Positions 38,052 to 47,985 of a DNA stretch of 59,582 nt are shown one piece after another. How positions within the stretch are numbered: the stretch's first letter is position 1; each line of letters starts with the position of its first letter. The notes under the pieces are model-generated. The model ran no database searches and was not told the DNA's origin. It saw only the letters and a program-made list of their open reading frames with translations. This stretch comes from Emticicia sp. (GTDB taxonomy: Bacteria; Bacteroidota; Bacteroidia; Cytophagales; Spirosomataceae), in contig JALQYE010000004.1 of the NCBI GenBank assembly GCA_023254245.1, positions 1 through 59,582 of the forward strand, given 5' to 3'. The position numbers and the translations under genes are program-made.

Positions 38052-39575
38052 ATGAAAAATATCATAAAAGCTCTATTGTTATCTATTCCATTTTGGGGGC
38101 TAACAAGTTGCGATAAAGGTTTCGACGAACTAAATATCAATAAAACAGCCGCAACATCTGTAAACCCTGTTTTTATTCTCAATAATGCCACCATCAATAG
38201 CACGTATGCTCCTGGTACAGTTATCTATGAACTTGGTATCGTGCAACAAATGGTATCGCCCAACTCTGGGGTTTTGACGGGGGCAAACTTTAATCAAGAT
38301 AGCCGTGATAATACGGTTCAAAACTGGCAAAAATACTACCGTACGGTTATCAGAAATACACAAGATGTAATCGACCAAACGAAAGATGTGCCTGCACGCT
38401 CGAACCTCTATAATATGGCTCGTATCTTACAAGCGTATGCTTATATGGTAACTACTGATTCGTATGGAGATATTCCTTACGCAGAAGCAGCCAAAGGCTA
38501 TACACAACAAATTGTATTGCCTAAGTACGATACCCAACAGACTGTTTATGCGGGAATAATTAAAGAATTAACCGATGCTTCAACTGCTTTAGATGCTAAC
38601 AAGACTGTAGAAACGGCTGATGTTTTATATGGTGGAAATATTGCTTTATGGAAAAAATTTGCTAATTCTCTCTTACTTCGTGCGGGTATGCGCCTGAGCA
38701 AAGTAGATGCTGCTCAAGCACAGTCAGTTGTAGGCAAAGCTGTGGCCGCTGGCGTTATGGAGCTAAATACCGAAAATGCAATGGTTCGCCACGATGCCAA
38801 TTATGTAAATGCCGTAGGTAATATGCTCAATTCAACTGAAGCTGCTAATATTTATATGGCTGCCCCCTTCGTTGATTTTCTGAAGAAAACAAATGACCCT
38901 CGTCTGAAATCAATTGCAGTTAGATATGTTGGAGCAAAGTCTGGCCCCGAACAAGTAGCCTCAAGAGCAAGCACTGACCCAACCGTACAAATAGGAATGC
39001 CTTTTGGTTTTGATAATAGTACAATCTCGGCCGAAGTGACAAAGAATAAATTGGCGAGTTTCTATGATTTTACACAAGTAGATAGAACTCGCATGGCAAA
39101 AAATACTGCTCCAAATTTCCTGGTAACGGCTGCTCAAACGCAACTCTTATTAGCAGAAGCCGCTCAAAGAGGCTGGGTAACAGGCTCAACGGCAGAAGCA
39201 TATTTCAACAAAGGCGTTAGACTCCACATGGAACAATTGGCCAGTTATGATGCAAACGCAGCAGTTGCTCCTGCGGCAATCACAGCATATTTGACAGAAA
39301 ATCCCTTTAAAACTGCTACCGCATTAGAGCAAATCAATACGCAATATTGGATAGCTTCGTTTTTAAATGGCCCAGAAGCTTTTGCCAATTTCAGAAGAAG
39401 CGGTTTCCCTGTATTAACCCCAAATCCTTTCCCTGGAAAAGCCATAAAAGGTACGTTTATTCGCCGCCTAACCTATCCAAACTCCGAGATTTCGGTTAAT
39501 AGTGTCAACGTAAAAGAAGCTATCGGCCGTCAAGGAGCAGATGACTTAGACACCAAGGTTTGGTGGGATAAATAA
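38052..39575 (+). CDS. susD: SusD/RagB family nutrient-binding lipoprotein
   Basis: Lipobox LTSC, TDSYGDIPY, WKKFANSL.LR, FRRSGFP, RRLTYP, VWWD. Confidence 0.95.
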   Translation: MKNIIKALLLSIPFWGLTSCDKGFDELNINKTAATSVNPVFILNNATINSTYAPGTVIYELGIVQQMVSPNSGVLTGANFNQDSRDNTVQNWQKYYRTVIRNTQDVIDQTKDVPARSNLYNMARILQAYAYMVTTDSYGDIPYAEAAKGYTQQIVLPKYDTQQTVYAGIIKELTDASTALDANKTVETADVLYGGNIALWKKFANSLLLRAGMRLSKVDAAQAQSVVGKAVAAGVMELNTENAMVRHDANYVNAVGNMLNSTEAANIYMAAPFVDFLKKTNDPRLKSIAVRYVGAKSGPEQVASRASTDPTVQIGMPFGFDNSTISAEVTKNKLASFYDFTQVDRTRMAKNTAPNFLVTAAQTQLLLAEAAQRGWVTGSTAEAYFNKGVRLHMEQLASYDANAAVAPAAITAYLTENPFKTATALEQINTQYWIASFLNGPEAFANFRRSGFPVLTPNPFPGKAIKGTFIRRLTYPNSEISVNSVNVKEAIGRQGADDLDTKVWWDK

Positions 39576-39579
39576 AAAT

Positions 39580-39713
39580 TACCCCTAACCCCTAAAGGTG
39601 AATAATTTTGTAGGTAATTTTGTTCAAGAAAATATATTAAAAAACTTCCCCACCTCTTTAGTTAAGGGGTGGGGAAAATAAACATTAAATTCCCCCTTTA
39701 GGGGTTAGGGGTA
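39580..39713. repeat. Family B REP-like doublet enclosing a second hairpin
   Basis: TACCCCTAACCCCTAAAGG ... CCTTTAGGGGTTAGGGGTA; inner TTCCCCACC..GGTGGGGAA hairpin at 39646-39676. Confidence 0.8.
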
Positions 39714-40574
39714 TGCAAATCGGACTCGTAGGACTCGGTAAAATGGGTTATAATTTGGCTCTAAATCTCAGAAACAACAATTACGAAGTAGTTGCTCATG
39801 ATGTAAACGAAGCATCGGTTGATAAAATCGGAGAAGAAGGTGGCATCTTGGGTGCCTATTCATTAGAAAGTCTATGTAGTAAACTCAAAGGACGTAAAGT
39901 TATTTGGTTGATGGTGCCATCGGGCGAAATCGTCGATGGTGTTATCGAAGAATTGAGCGAATACTTGAAGCCAAAAGATATTGTTATTGATGGCGGAAAT
40001 TCAAACTTTAAAGATTCGGTCAGAAGATATAACGTACTTAAAGAGAAACAAATCGAATTTCTTGATTGCGGAACAAGTGGCGGTACAAGCGGAGCATTGA
40101 ATGGTGCTTGCACCATGATTGGTGGCGATAAATCAACTTTTGAATATGTCGAGAAAGTTTTCAAAGATATTTCGCTCGAAAATGGCTATCTCTACACAGG
40201 AGAGGCAGGAAGACGGCATGATGCAAGCCATTGCCGAAGGTTTTGAGGTTTTCGAGAAATCAAACTACGACCTTGATTTTGAGGCAGTTGCCAAACTTTT
40301 CAATAATGGTTCAGTAGTACGTGGTTGGTTGATGGAGTTGACCGAAAATGCATTCAGAAAAGATGCAAAACTTGATGCAATCAAAGGTATCATGCACTCG
40401 TCAGGCGAAGGCAAATGGACTCTCGAAACTGCTCTTGATATGGGCGTTGCTACGCCAGTAATCGCCCTTTCTTTAATGATGCGTTATCGCTCGCAACAGA
40501 CCGATACATTCTCTGGAAAAGTGGTGGCAGCTCTAAGAAACGAATTTGGCGGACACGAAGTTGAGAAAGCCTAA
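39713..40574 (+). pseudogene. gnd: 6-phosphogluconate dehydrogenase (short YqeC/Gnd type), frameshifted by an internal deletion
   Basis: First frame MQIGLVGLGKMG...YTGEAG; second frame GMMQAIAEG...LRNEFGGH; the conserved SGHFxKMVHNGIEY segment is missing at about 40212. Confidence 0.9.
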
Positions 40575-40577
40575 ACG

Positions 40578-41990
40578 ATGAGCCAACAATATTTCACAGG
40601 ACTTGACATAGGCACAACCAGCACAAAGGCCGTTGTTTTTGATATTTCAGGCAAGGTTTTAACTCAAAAAAGCATTTCCTATGAAATGTTTCATCATCAA
40701 CCCAATTGGAGTGAGCAAAATCCCGACGAAATCTACGAGGCAGTTAATCAATGTTTAGCTTTTTTGGATAAACGTTCCTTACTTGAAACGCTTAGTATGT
40801 CATCGGCCATGCACAGCATTATGGCGGTTGATGAAAACGGTAAACCTCTCACAAACCTAATCGTTTGGGCAGATAATCGTGCCATCGAAATAGGAAGTAA
40901 ACTAAAAGCAAGCAGCGAAGGAAAAGAAATTTATCACCGAACGGGTACGCCTATTCATCCTTTCTCATTTCTCTGTAAAATTTTGTGGCTGAAAGAAAAC
41001 GAACCCGAAGTTTTCGCAAAAGCCCATAAGTTTATCGGAATTAAAGAATACGTTTGGCAAAAAATATTCGGTGAATATGAAATAGATGAATCGCTCGCTT
41101 CTGCCACTGGCATGATGAATATTCAAGATTTATGCTGGGATACCAAAGCCTTAGCATTGGTCGGAATTGGGGAAGAGAAGTTACCTAAAATCGTTCCAAC
41201 GACCTTTTTACGTACCAAACAAGATAAAAAATACTTCATCGGCGGAGCCGACGGCCCTCTGGCTAATCTTGGCACGGGTGCGATGGGCAAAAGCAAGTTG
41301 GCGTTTACGATGGGTACGAGCGGGGCGGTAAGAATTTGTGTGGACGAATACTACACCGACCCACAAATGCGAACTTTCAACTATTTACTCACTTCTACTC
41401 AGCATGTTATTGGTGGGGCAACCAATAATGGTGCGGTAGTGATGCAATGGTTGAAAGAACAAATCTTACAAACCAACACCTCGACTGAAGAATTGATAGC
41501 AAACGCACATAAAACACCCGCAGGGGCGGAAAACCTTTTGTTTTTGCCCTATATTTTAGGCGAAAGAGCCCCCGTCTGGAATGCCAACGCCAAAGGTATT
41601 TTTTTCGGGTTAAGTATCAATCATTCACAAGCACACATTGTTCGTGCTGTCATGGAAGGCCTCATTTTGAATCTTTATTCAGTCGGGAAGGTGTTGATGG
41701 AGAAATTTCCCGTTGATGAAATCTGTGCCAGCGGAGGTTTTGCTAAGAGCGATTTTTGGTTACAACTTGTAGCCGATGTTTTTCAGAAAAAAGTTGTCAT
41801 TACCGATAATGTTGAGGGTTCGGCTTGGGGAGCAGTACTTTTAGCCTTGAAAGGCTTAGGTTTAGAAGCAAAAACTTCAGCCCAAACTACCGAAAAAGTT
41901 TTTTTACCCGATACCACAAAAGCCGAACTTTATGCTCAACTACACCAAAAGTTTGAGCGTTTATATCTGAAACTTCAAGACGAATTCTGA
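40578..41990 (+). CDS. gntK: Gluconokinase, FGGY family
   Basis: DIGTTSTK, SSAMHS, WADNRA, TGTPIHP, GADG, GTSGAVR, GERAP, SGGF; follows gnd. Confidence 0.9.
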   Translation: MSQQYFTGLDIGTTSTKAVVFDISGKVLTQKSISYEMFHHQPNWSEQNPDEIYEAVNQCLAFLDKRSLLETLSMSSAMHSIMAVDENGKPLTNLIVWADNRAIEIGSKLKASSEGKEIYHRTGTPIHPFSFLCKILWLKENEPEVFAKAHKFIGIKEYVWQKIFGEYEIDESLASATGMMNIQDLCWDTKALALVGIGEEKLPKIVPTTFLRTKQDKKYFIGGADGPLANLGTGAMGKSKLAFTMGTSGAVRICVDEYYTDPQMRTFNYLLTSTQHVIGGATNNGAVVMQWLKEQILQTNTSTEELIANAHKTPAGAENLLFLPYILGERAPVWNANAKGIFFGLSINHSQAHIVRAVMEGLILNLYSVGKVLMEKFPVDEICASGGFAKSDFWLQLVADVFQKKVVITDNVEGSAWGAVLLALKGLGLEAKTSAQTTEKVFLPDTTKAELYAQLHQKFERLYLKLQDEF

Positions 41991-42010
41991 AATACAGTTC
42001 ATCTCATGCT

Positions 42011-42060
42011 CCGAGCGATTACTCAATGATATATTTCATTAAATAATCGCTCGGTTTTTT
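42011..42060 (+). terminator. Intrinsic terminator after gntK
   Basis: CCGAGCGATTA/TAATCGCTCGG followed by T6. Confidence 0.75.
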
Positions 42061-42118
42061 GTTGGAATCAAATAAATGATGCAAATTCATTGCTTAAAAC
42101 CATTCATTTATTCCGACT

Positions 42119-42928
42119 ATGAATCGCAAAGACTTTATCAAACAAATATCATTTGCTACCTTTCTCTTGGCCGATGGCAGTATAATCCCTGCATTTGCCG
42201 AAAACTTATCTTTAAAAAAATCAAAACTTCGTTTTATAGTAGCTTCTGACGGGCATTTCGGGCAACCCAAAACCGATTATAAAGCATATTTCGAGACTTT
42301 TGTCAATAACGTAAATGCCCAACACCGTGAGCAAAAATTTGATTTCTGCGTAATCAATGGCGATATTATTCATGATGATGTAAATTTCTTATCAACCGCT
42401 AAAAGTCACTTCGATGACCTCGAAATGCCCTATTTCGTAACACAAGGCAACCATGACCACGCCACGCCCGAGCAATGGGAGCGTGTATGGGGCGTGCCTG
42501 TCAACTACGATTATGTCTTGGGCAGCAACGCTTTTTTGTTCGGAACAACCTCAAATGTGGAAGGAAAATACCTTCCCCCAAACATCGAATGGTTTAAATC
42601 AAAACTCGATGAACATAAAAAGAAGAAAAACATCTTTATTTTTATACATATCACACCCGTAAAATGGACCGATAATGCTGTAGATAGCAAAGAATTTCAA
42701 GAGTTATTGAAGCAGTACACAAATGTTCGAGCGGTTTTCAACGGCCATGACCACGACCAAGAAAATGTTAAAATGCACGAAGGTATTCCGTATATGTTTG
42801 ACTCTCACATCGGCGGAAACTGGGGGACAACCTACCGAGGTTACAGAATTGTAGAATTACAGACAGAAAACAAACTCCTTACCTACATTATGAACCCAAC
42901 TACTAAAATCAACGAAGCAACTGTTTAA
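42119..42928 (+). CDS. Calcineurin-like metallophosphoesterase with Tat-like signal
   Basis: SDGH, NGDIIHD, GNHD, FIH, GHDH motifs; N-terminal NRKDFIK. Confidence 0.9.
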   Translation: MNRKDFIKQISFATFLLADGSIIPAFAENLSLKKSKLRFIVASDGHFGQPKTDYKAYFETFVNNVNAQHREQKFDFCVINGDIIHDDVNFLSTAKSHFDDLEMPYFVTQGNHDHATPEQWERVWGVPVNYDYVLGSNAFLFGTTSNVEGKYLPPNIEWFKSKLDEHKKKKNIFIFIHITPVKWTDNAVDSKEFQELLKQYTNVRAVFNGHDHDQENVKMHEGIPYMFDSHIGGNWGTTYRGYRIVELQTENKLLTYIMNPTTKINEATV

Positions 42929-42964
42929 TACTTACTCAATCTTTTTCAACCTTATACAAAACGA

Positions 42965-44014
42965 ATGAATGAATTTTTAACTCGTCGCAACTTCCTGAAA
43001 ATTACGGGAATCACGACTGCCATTTCGGCTTTTCCAGAGGTCAGTTTTGGTAAAAACGATGAAATTATCATCGGGCACAACACACACAAATACCGAGTAA
43101 AAGTAGGCTGGGGAGTGCTGGATGCAGGCAAAAACCCTGTAAACGACTGCCACGAAATGGTAGAAGATGCCAAAGGTCGCCTAATTATGCTCGGCAACGA
43201 AACCAAAAACAATGTGTTGATTTATGATAAGTCGGGAAAATTGCTCGAAACTTGGGGAACAACCTACATTGGCGGTCACGGGCTTACGCTCTTGAATGAA
43301 GGGGGCGAGCAATTTCTACTCATTTGCGATACCGACCGCCATCAAGTTATCAAAACCGATTTAAAAGGAAAAGAGATTTTCAAAATTGAATATCCAAAAG
43401 AAACGGGCGTCTATGACCACCCTGCTCAGTTTAAACCAACCGAAAGTGCCGTAAACCCTGCTAATGGCGATATTTTTGTAACGGATGGCTATGGCTTAAA
43501 TTATGTAATTCAGTACGATTCAAAAGGCAAATATATTCGTCATTGGGGCGGTGGCGGCGATGGCGTAGATAAATTTAAGTGTAATCACGGCATTGTGGTT
43601 GATACGCGAAACAAGCAAAATCCAACGCTAATTGTTACTTCAAGAATAGAAAACTGTTGGAAACGCTTCACGCTCGATGGCAAATATATTTCTACGATTG
43701 CTTTGCCTGGAACTTACATTTGTCGCCCCGTAATCAAAGGTGAAAATTTGTATGGTGCTGCTTTCCGCTCAACGTCAGATTCTTATCCCAACTCTGGCTA
43801 TATCACAATTCTGGACAAAAACGACCGAGTTGTTTCGACCCCAGGAGGAAGTGAGCCAGTTTACCAGAATAATCAACTTCAAGAACAACGTAAACAAGAC
43901 CCATTTAAGGTTTTCCTGCACCCGCATGATGTGTGCGTAGATAGCAACGATAACATTTATGTGCCACAATGGGCTTCGCGTAAAACTTATCCGATTATGT
44001 TGGAGCGAGTTTAA
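42965..44014 (+). CDS. NHL-repeat 6-bladed beta-propeller protein (PAL-like) with Tat signal
   Basis: TRRNFLK, GGHGLT, FKPTE, FVTDGYG, CNHGI, FLHPHDVCVD. Confidence 0.85.
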   Translation: MNEFLTRRNFLKITGITTAISAFPEVSFGKNDEIIIGHNTHKYRVKVGWGVLDAGKNPVNDCHEMVEDAKGRLIMLGNETKNNVLIYDKSGKLLETWGTTYIGGHGLTLLNEGGEQFLLICDTDRHQVIKTDLKGKEIFKIEYPKETGVYDHPAQFKPTESAVNPANGDIFVTDGYGLNYVIQYDSKGKYIRHWGGGGDGVDKFKCNHGIVVDTRNKQNPTLIVTSRIENCWKRFTLDGKYISTIALPGTYICRPVIKGENLYGAAFRSTSDSYPNSGYITILDKNDRVVSTPGGSEPVYQNNQLQEQRKQDPFKVFLHPHDVCVDSNDNIYVPQWASRKTYPIMLERV

Positions 44015-44052
44015 GATATAATCAATTTTTTGAGTAGAGAATAAGTTTACTA

Positions 44053-44147
44053 ACCACGGAGTTTCATAAAGTTTAGCAAAGAGTTTCACGGAGTATGCGA
44101 AAAACTCTGTGAAACTCCGTGTTTAAACTCGTTTTTTACTCCGTGGT
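44053..44147. repeat. About 95-bp imperfect inverted repeat element (ACCACGGAG family D)
   Basis: Ends ACCACGGAGT/ACTCCGTGGT; inner GAGTTTCACGGAGT/ACTCTGTGAAACTC. Confidence 0.75.
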
Positions 44148-44301
44148 AGAAAAATAAACTTAAATCCTGCCACCTAACCTCTTCAAATTACTCCAAACGA
44201 ACAAAATTTATGGTAAATTTGTATTTTAATACAGACAAAAGTAGCCCAAAATAGTTAAACTACTTATTGGCATACAAATACTTGATTTACCACAAATTTT
44301 C

Positions 44302-46758
44302 ATGCTTTACCCCCCAAATATAGAACAAAAATTAGGTTTCGATAAAATCCGTGAACACATTGCCGAGCATTGCGTGAGCTCGCTCGGACGTGCTTTTGTC
44401 GAAAAAATTCGTTTCTCTGATGATTTCAAGATAATCAACCGTTTGCATCGTCAGGCGGCCGAGTTTAAGTTAATTTTACAAACTGAATCTGATTTTCCGC
44501 AACAAAATTATATTGATGTCAGCGAAGCCCTTTCAAGAGCAGCCATTGAAGGTGCTTTTGTGAGCGAAGAACAATTTTTTGAAATAAAACTCTCCCTTCG
44601 CACGATTCAGCAAATCATTCATTTCTTCAAAGTAAAAGAAGATAATGCTGGGAAGCAACCCCAATATTCCGAACTCAAAGCACTTGTTACAAATTCACTC
44701 CCAGTTTTGGTAGATGGAAAAGGTAGTGCAGACGGTTGGGCAGCAGTGATTTCGCAAATTGATAAAATCATTGACGAACGTGGAAAAGTGCGAGATAACG
44801 CCTCGCCTGAATTAATGGATATTCGTCGTCGATTGATTTCTGAACAAAGCGATTTACGAAAAACTTTGGAGCGAATCCTCCGTACAGCCCGAAATAGTGG
44901 TTGGATTGGCGATGAAATGTCACTCACGGTGCGTGATGGCCGCATGGTTATTCCGATTTTGTCCGAACACAAACGCAAAGTCAAAGGCTTCGTGCATGAT
45001 GAATCGGCTACTGGACAAATGGCGTTTATCGAACCTGCCGAAGTATTAGAAGCCAACAACGAAATCCGAGATTTAGAAGCCCGTGAGCGTCGAGAAATCG
45101 TAAAGATTTTAGAACGTTTGACAGATTTCATTCGCCCGCACGTACCTGCCTTACGTAAAGCCTATCTTTTTCTCGGAATCATAGATTTTATTGGTGCAAA
45201 AGCCAAGTTTGCCTTAGAAATTGATGCAACTGCCCCACTTTTGGTCGAAAATCAAGCCCTTGAATGGTACAGAGCCAAGCATCCGCTTTTGTATCTTTCT
45301 TTCAAAAAACAATCTAAAAGTGTAGTACCGCTGAGCATAAAACTCGATAAAGATAACCGAATTGTGTTGGTTTCTGGCCCCAATGCGGGCGGAAAGTCAG
45401 TTATGCTCAAAACCATCGGTTTGGTACAATACATGGCTCAGTGTGGTTTGCTTGTGCCCGTTTCGCCCGACTCAAAAGTGGGTGTTTTTAAGAATATTTT
45501 TATTGATATTGGCGACGAACAAAGTATCGAAAACGACCTCAGTACGTATAGTTCGCACCTCACAAATATGAAGCATTTTGTGAATTTTGCGAATAAATTC
45601 ACCTTATTTTTGATTGATGAGTTTGGAACAGGAACAGAGCCAAGTTTGGGCGGAGCCATTGCCGAGTCTATTTTGGAGCAATTACTGAAATCGAATGCTC
45701 ATGGCGTAATCAATACGCACTACACAAATCTGAAAGTTTTTGCCGATAAACATAACGGAACGGTAAATGGTGCGATGAAATTCGATGCCGAACATTTGGA
45801 GCCGCTCTACGAACTCGAAATCGGAAAACCTGGTAGTTCGTTTGCGTTGGAAGTAGCTCAAAAAATCGGTTTATCGAAACATATCGTTGATAACGCCAAA
45901 CGAAAACTCGGCACACAACAGATTGATTTTGAGAAATTGATAAAAGAACTGGAGATTGAACGAAAGGTTTTCTCAGAAAAAAACAAAGAATTTATTGAGA
46001 AAAATCAGAAACTCACCACCACTCTTGAGCAATATACTGGCTTGAAAAGTTTCTTAGAAGTTGAGAAAAAGAAGATTTTGAACGAAGCCAAAGCCCAAGC
46101 CAAAGAATTACTAAAAGAAGCAAACCGCAAAATAGAAAATACGATTCGTGAAATAAAAGAAGGCAAAGCTGAAAAAGACATCACGAAACTGATTCGCCAG
46201 GAGTTGCAAGAGTTTGAGCAAAAAGAGTTGAAAATTCAAAAAGTAGAAGAAACCAAAGCTCCTGCTGGCGAAGAATGGGAAACTGGCGTTGGCGAAATTG
46301 CAGTAAATGATTACGTCAGAATCAAAGGTCAACCAACCATTGGACAAGTTTTAGCCATCAAAGGAAAAGATATTGAAGTGGCGATTGGTGAACTCAAAAC
46401 TAATATTAAGCTCAATCGTTTGGAGAAAATGAGCAAGAAGGAGTACAAAGAAGCTACTAAAGAAAGTCCAAAAGCCAAAGTTTCGGGCATTGATATGAAC
46501 GAAAAAATGGTTAATTTCAGCTTCAATATTGATTTGAGAGGTAAACGCAGCGAAGAAGCCCTCGGCGAAGTAGATAGTTTAATGAATGATGCCATTATGC
46601 TCGGCTACCCCGAACTACGCATTGTGCATGGCAAAGGCGATGGTATTTTACGCACACTTATTCGTCAACATTTAAGAAGTTATAAACAAGTTGCTGGCAC
46701 ATCAGACGAACACGCCGACCGTGGCGGGCAAGGCGTCACGATTGTGAAGATGAAATGA
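44302..46758 (+). CDS. mutS2: Endonuclease MutS2
   Basis: VHDESATG..FIEP, SGPNAGGKS, DIGDEQSIENDLSTYSSH, DEFGTGTEP, coiled coil, C-terminal Smr domain (IDLRG, IVHGKGDG). Confidence 0.97.
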   Translation: MLYPPNIEQKLGFDKIREHIAEHCVSSLGRAFVEKIRFSDDFKIINRLHRQAAEFKLILQTESDFPQQNYIDVSEALSRAAIEGAFVSEEQFFEIKLSLRTIQQIIHFFKVKEDNAGKQPQYSELKALVTNSLPVLVDGKGSADGWAAVISQIDKIIDERGKVRDNASPELMDIRRRLISEQSDLRKTLERILRTARNSGWIGDEMSLTVRDGRMVIPILSEHKRKVKGFVHDESATGQMAFIEPAEVLEANNEIRDLEARERREIVKILERLTDFIRPHVPALRKAYLFLGIIDFIGAKAKFALEIDATAPLLVENQALEWYRAKHPLLYLSFKKQSKSVVPLSIKLDKDNRIVLVSGPNAGGKSVMLKTIGLVQYMAQCGLLVPVSPDSKVGVFKNIFIDIGDEQSIENDLSTYSSHLTNMKHFVNFANKFTLFLIDEFGTGTEPSLGGAIAESILEQLLKSNAHGVINTHYTNLKVFADKHNGTVNGAMKFDAEHLEPLYELEIGKPGSSFALEVAQKIGLSKHIVDNAKRKLGTQQIDFEKLIKELEIERKVFSEKNKEFIEKNQKLTTTLEQYTGLKSFLEVEKKKILNEAKAQAKELLKEANRKIENTIREIKEGKAEKDITKLIRQELQEFEQKELKIQKVEETKAPAGEEWETGVGEIAVNDYVRIKGQPTIGQVLAIKGKDIEVAIGELKTNIKLNRLEKMSKKEYKEATKESPKAKVSGIDMNEKMVNFSFNIDLRGKRSEEALGEVDSLMNDAIMLGYPELRIVHGKGDGILRTLIRQHLRSYKQVAGTSDEHADRGGQGVTIVKMK

Positions 46759-46762
46759 TTTT

Positions 46763-46790
46763 GTAGAGGCGTTGCATTCAACGCCTCTAC
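46763..46790. repeat. GTAG-type palindromic REP (family E) overlapping the recF stop codon
   Basis: GTAGAGGCGTTG-CATT-CAACGCCTCTAC, perfect 12-bp arms. Confidence 0.8.
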
Positions 46791-47869
46791 TTCGTTCTGA
46801 TATAATTTATTTCAGCCTTTACATTTTCCAAAATCTTTTCGGTTCGTTCGGGGCGGGCATCGGTAATAAAAACCTGTCCGAAAGTCTGATTATCAATACT
46901 TTCTATCAATTTCTGAATCCTGCGGTCATCGAGTTTATCAAAAATATCATCTAAAAGTAAAATAGGTTTTACTTCTCTAAACTCTTCCAGCATCTCAAAT
47001 TGAGCTAATCGCAAAGCCATCACAAACGATTTTTGTTGCCCTTGTGAACCAAACTTCTTGACAGGATAGCGGTCGATTTCAAAAACATAATCGTCTTTAT
47101 GAATTCCCTTTGTGGTGCGTTGAGCTTTCACATCAGTTTGTCTATTCAGTCGAAACTCCTTCACGAAATCTCCACTGGCCACTTCCGACTCGTAGATAAT
47201 TTCTACTTCTTCACGGCCTTCCCCCAATATTTGGTAGTGTTTTTTGAAAATTGGAGAAAACTTTTTGATAAAATCTCGGCGTTGTTCAAAAATCCGAATC
47301 GCTAATTTTACTAAGGGGTCAGAGTAAGTATCAAGTAAATCTTGGTCAAGAAAATTTCGCTCAAAAAATATTTTCAATAAGCTGTTTCGCTGGTCTAATA
47401 ACTTATTATAATGCTGATAATCAGACAAATAATCATTATCCATCTGTGAAAGAACTCCATCAAAAAAACGACGACGCCCTTCGCTCCCATCTTTTATCAA
47501 TTCGGTATCGTCGGGAGCAATCAAAACTACGGGAAATTGGCCAATGTGGTCAGACAAACGTTCATAAGGCTTTTTATCATGTAGCAACACTTTCTTCTGG
47601 CCACGTTGAATAGAGCAGGTTATTTGATGTTTTTTTTCACCTTTTCTGAAAACCCCATCAATCATCATTACATCAGCGTCATGATTGATATTTAGAGCGT
47701 CTTGACTGTGAATGGCACTTTTACTCAACGCCAAAAAATAGACAGCATCGAGCAAATTTGTTTTTCCACTACCATTTTCCCCGACAATACAATTGACTTG
47801 TTTTGAAAACGTGAAGTTTGCTTCTTCGTAATTTTTGAAGTTTGAAAGATAAATTTTGTCTAAAAACAT
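46787..47869 (-). CDS. recF: DNA replication and repair protein RecF
   Basis: NFKNY, GENGSGKTNLLDA, RRRFFD, GIHKDD, GSQGQQKS, LLLDDIFDKLD. Confidence 0.97.
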   Translation of the reverse strand: MFLDKIYLSNFKNYEEANFTFSKQVNCIVGENGSGKTNLLDAVYFLALSKSAIHSQDALNINHDADVMMIDGVFRKGEKKHQITCSIQRGQKKVLLHDKKPYERLSDHIGQFPVVLIAPDDTELIKDGSEGRRRFFDGVLSQMDNDYLSDYQHYNKLLDQRNSLLKIFFERNFLDQDLLDTYSDPLVKLAIRIFEQRRDFIKKFSPIFKKHYQILGEGREEVEIIYESEVASGDFVKEFRLNRQTDVKAQRTTKGIHKDDYVFEIDRYPVKKFGSQGQQKSFVMALRLAQFEMLEEFREVKPILLLDDIFDKLDDRRIQKLIESIDNQTFGQVFITDARPERTEKILENVKAEINYIRTK

Positions 47870-47985
47870 GGAGCCGTTTTAACAACCCAAAAAGTTGTCT
47901 TACAAATTAGGCCGAAATTTAGTCATTTTTCACTAAAGTTTAGTTTATTTGTAATCCTAATACTTACTTAACCTATTAACTTCGG

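Noticed and set aside
40119-40574. gnd halves as two real genes or a programmed frameshift
   Set aside because: The catalytic segment is absent from all frames and there is no slippery sequence at the junction
44268-44285. TGGCAT upstream of mutS2 as a sigma-54 promoter
   Set aside because: No TTG at the required spacing; TAAATTTG near 44214 fits the primary sigma better
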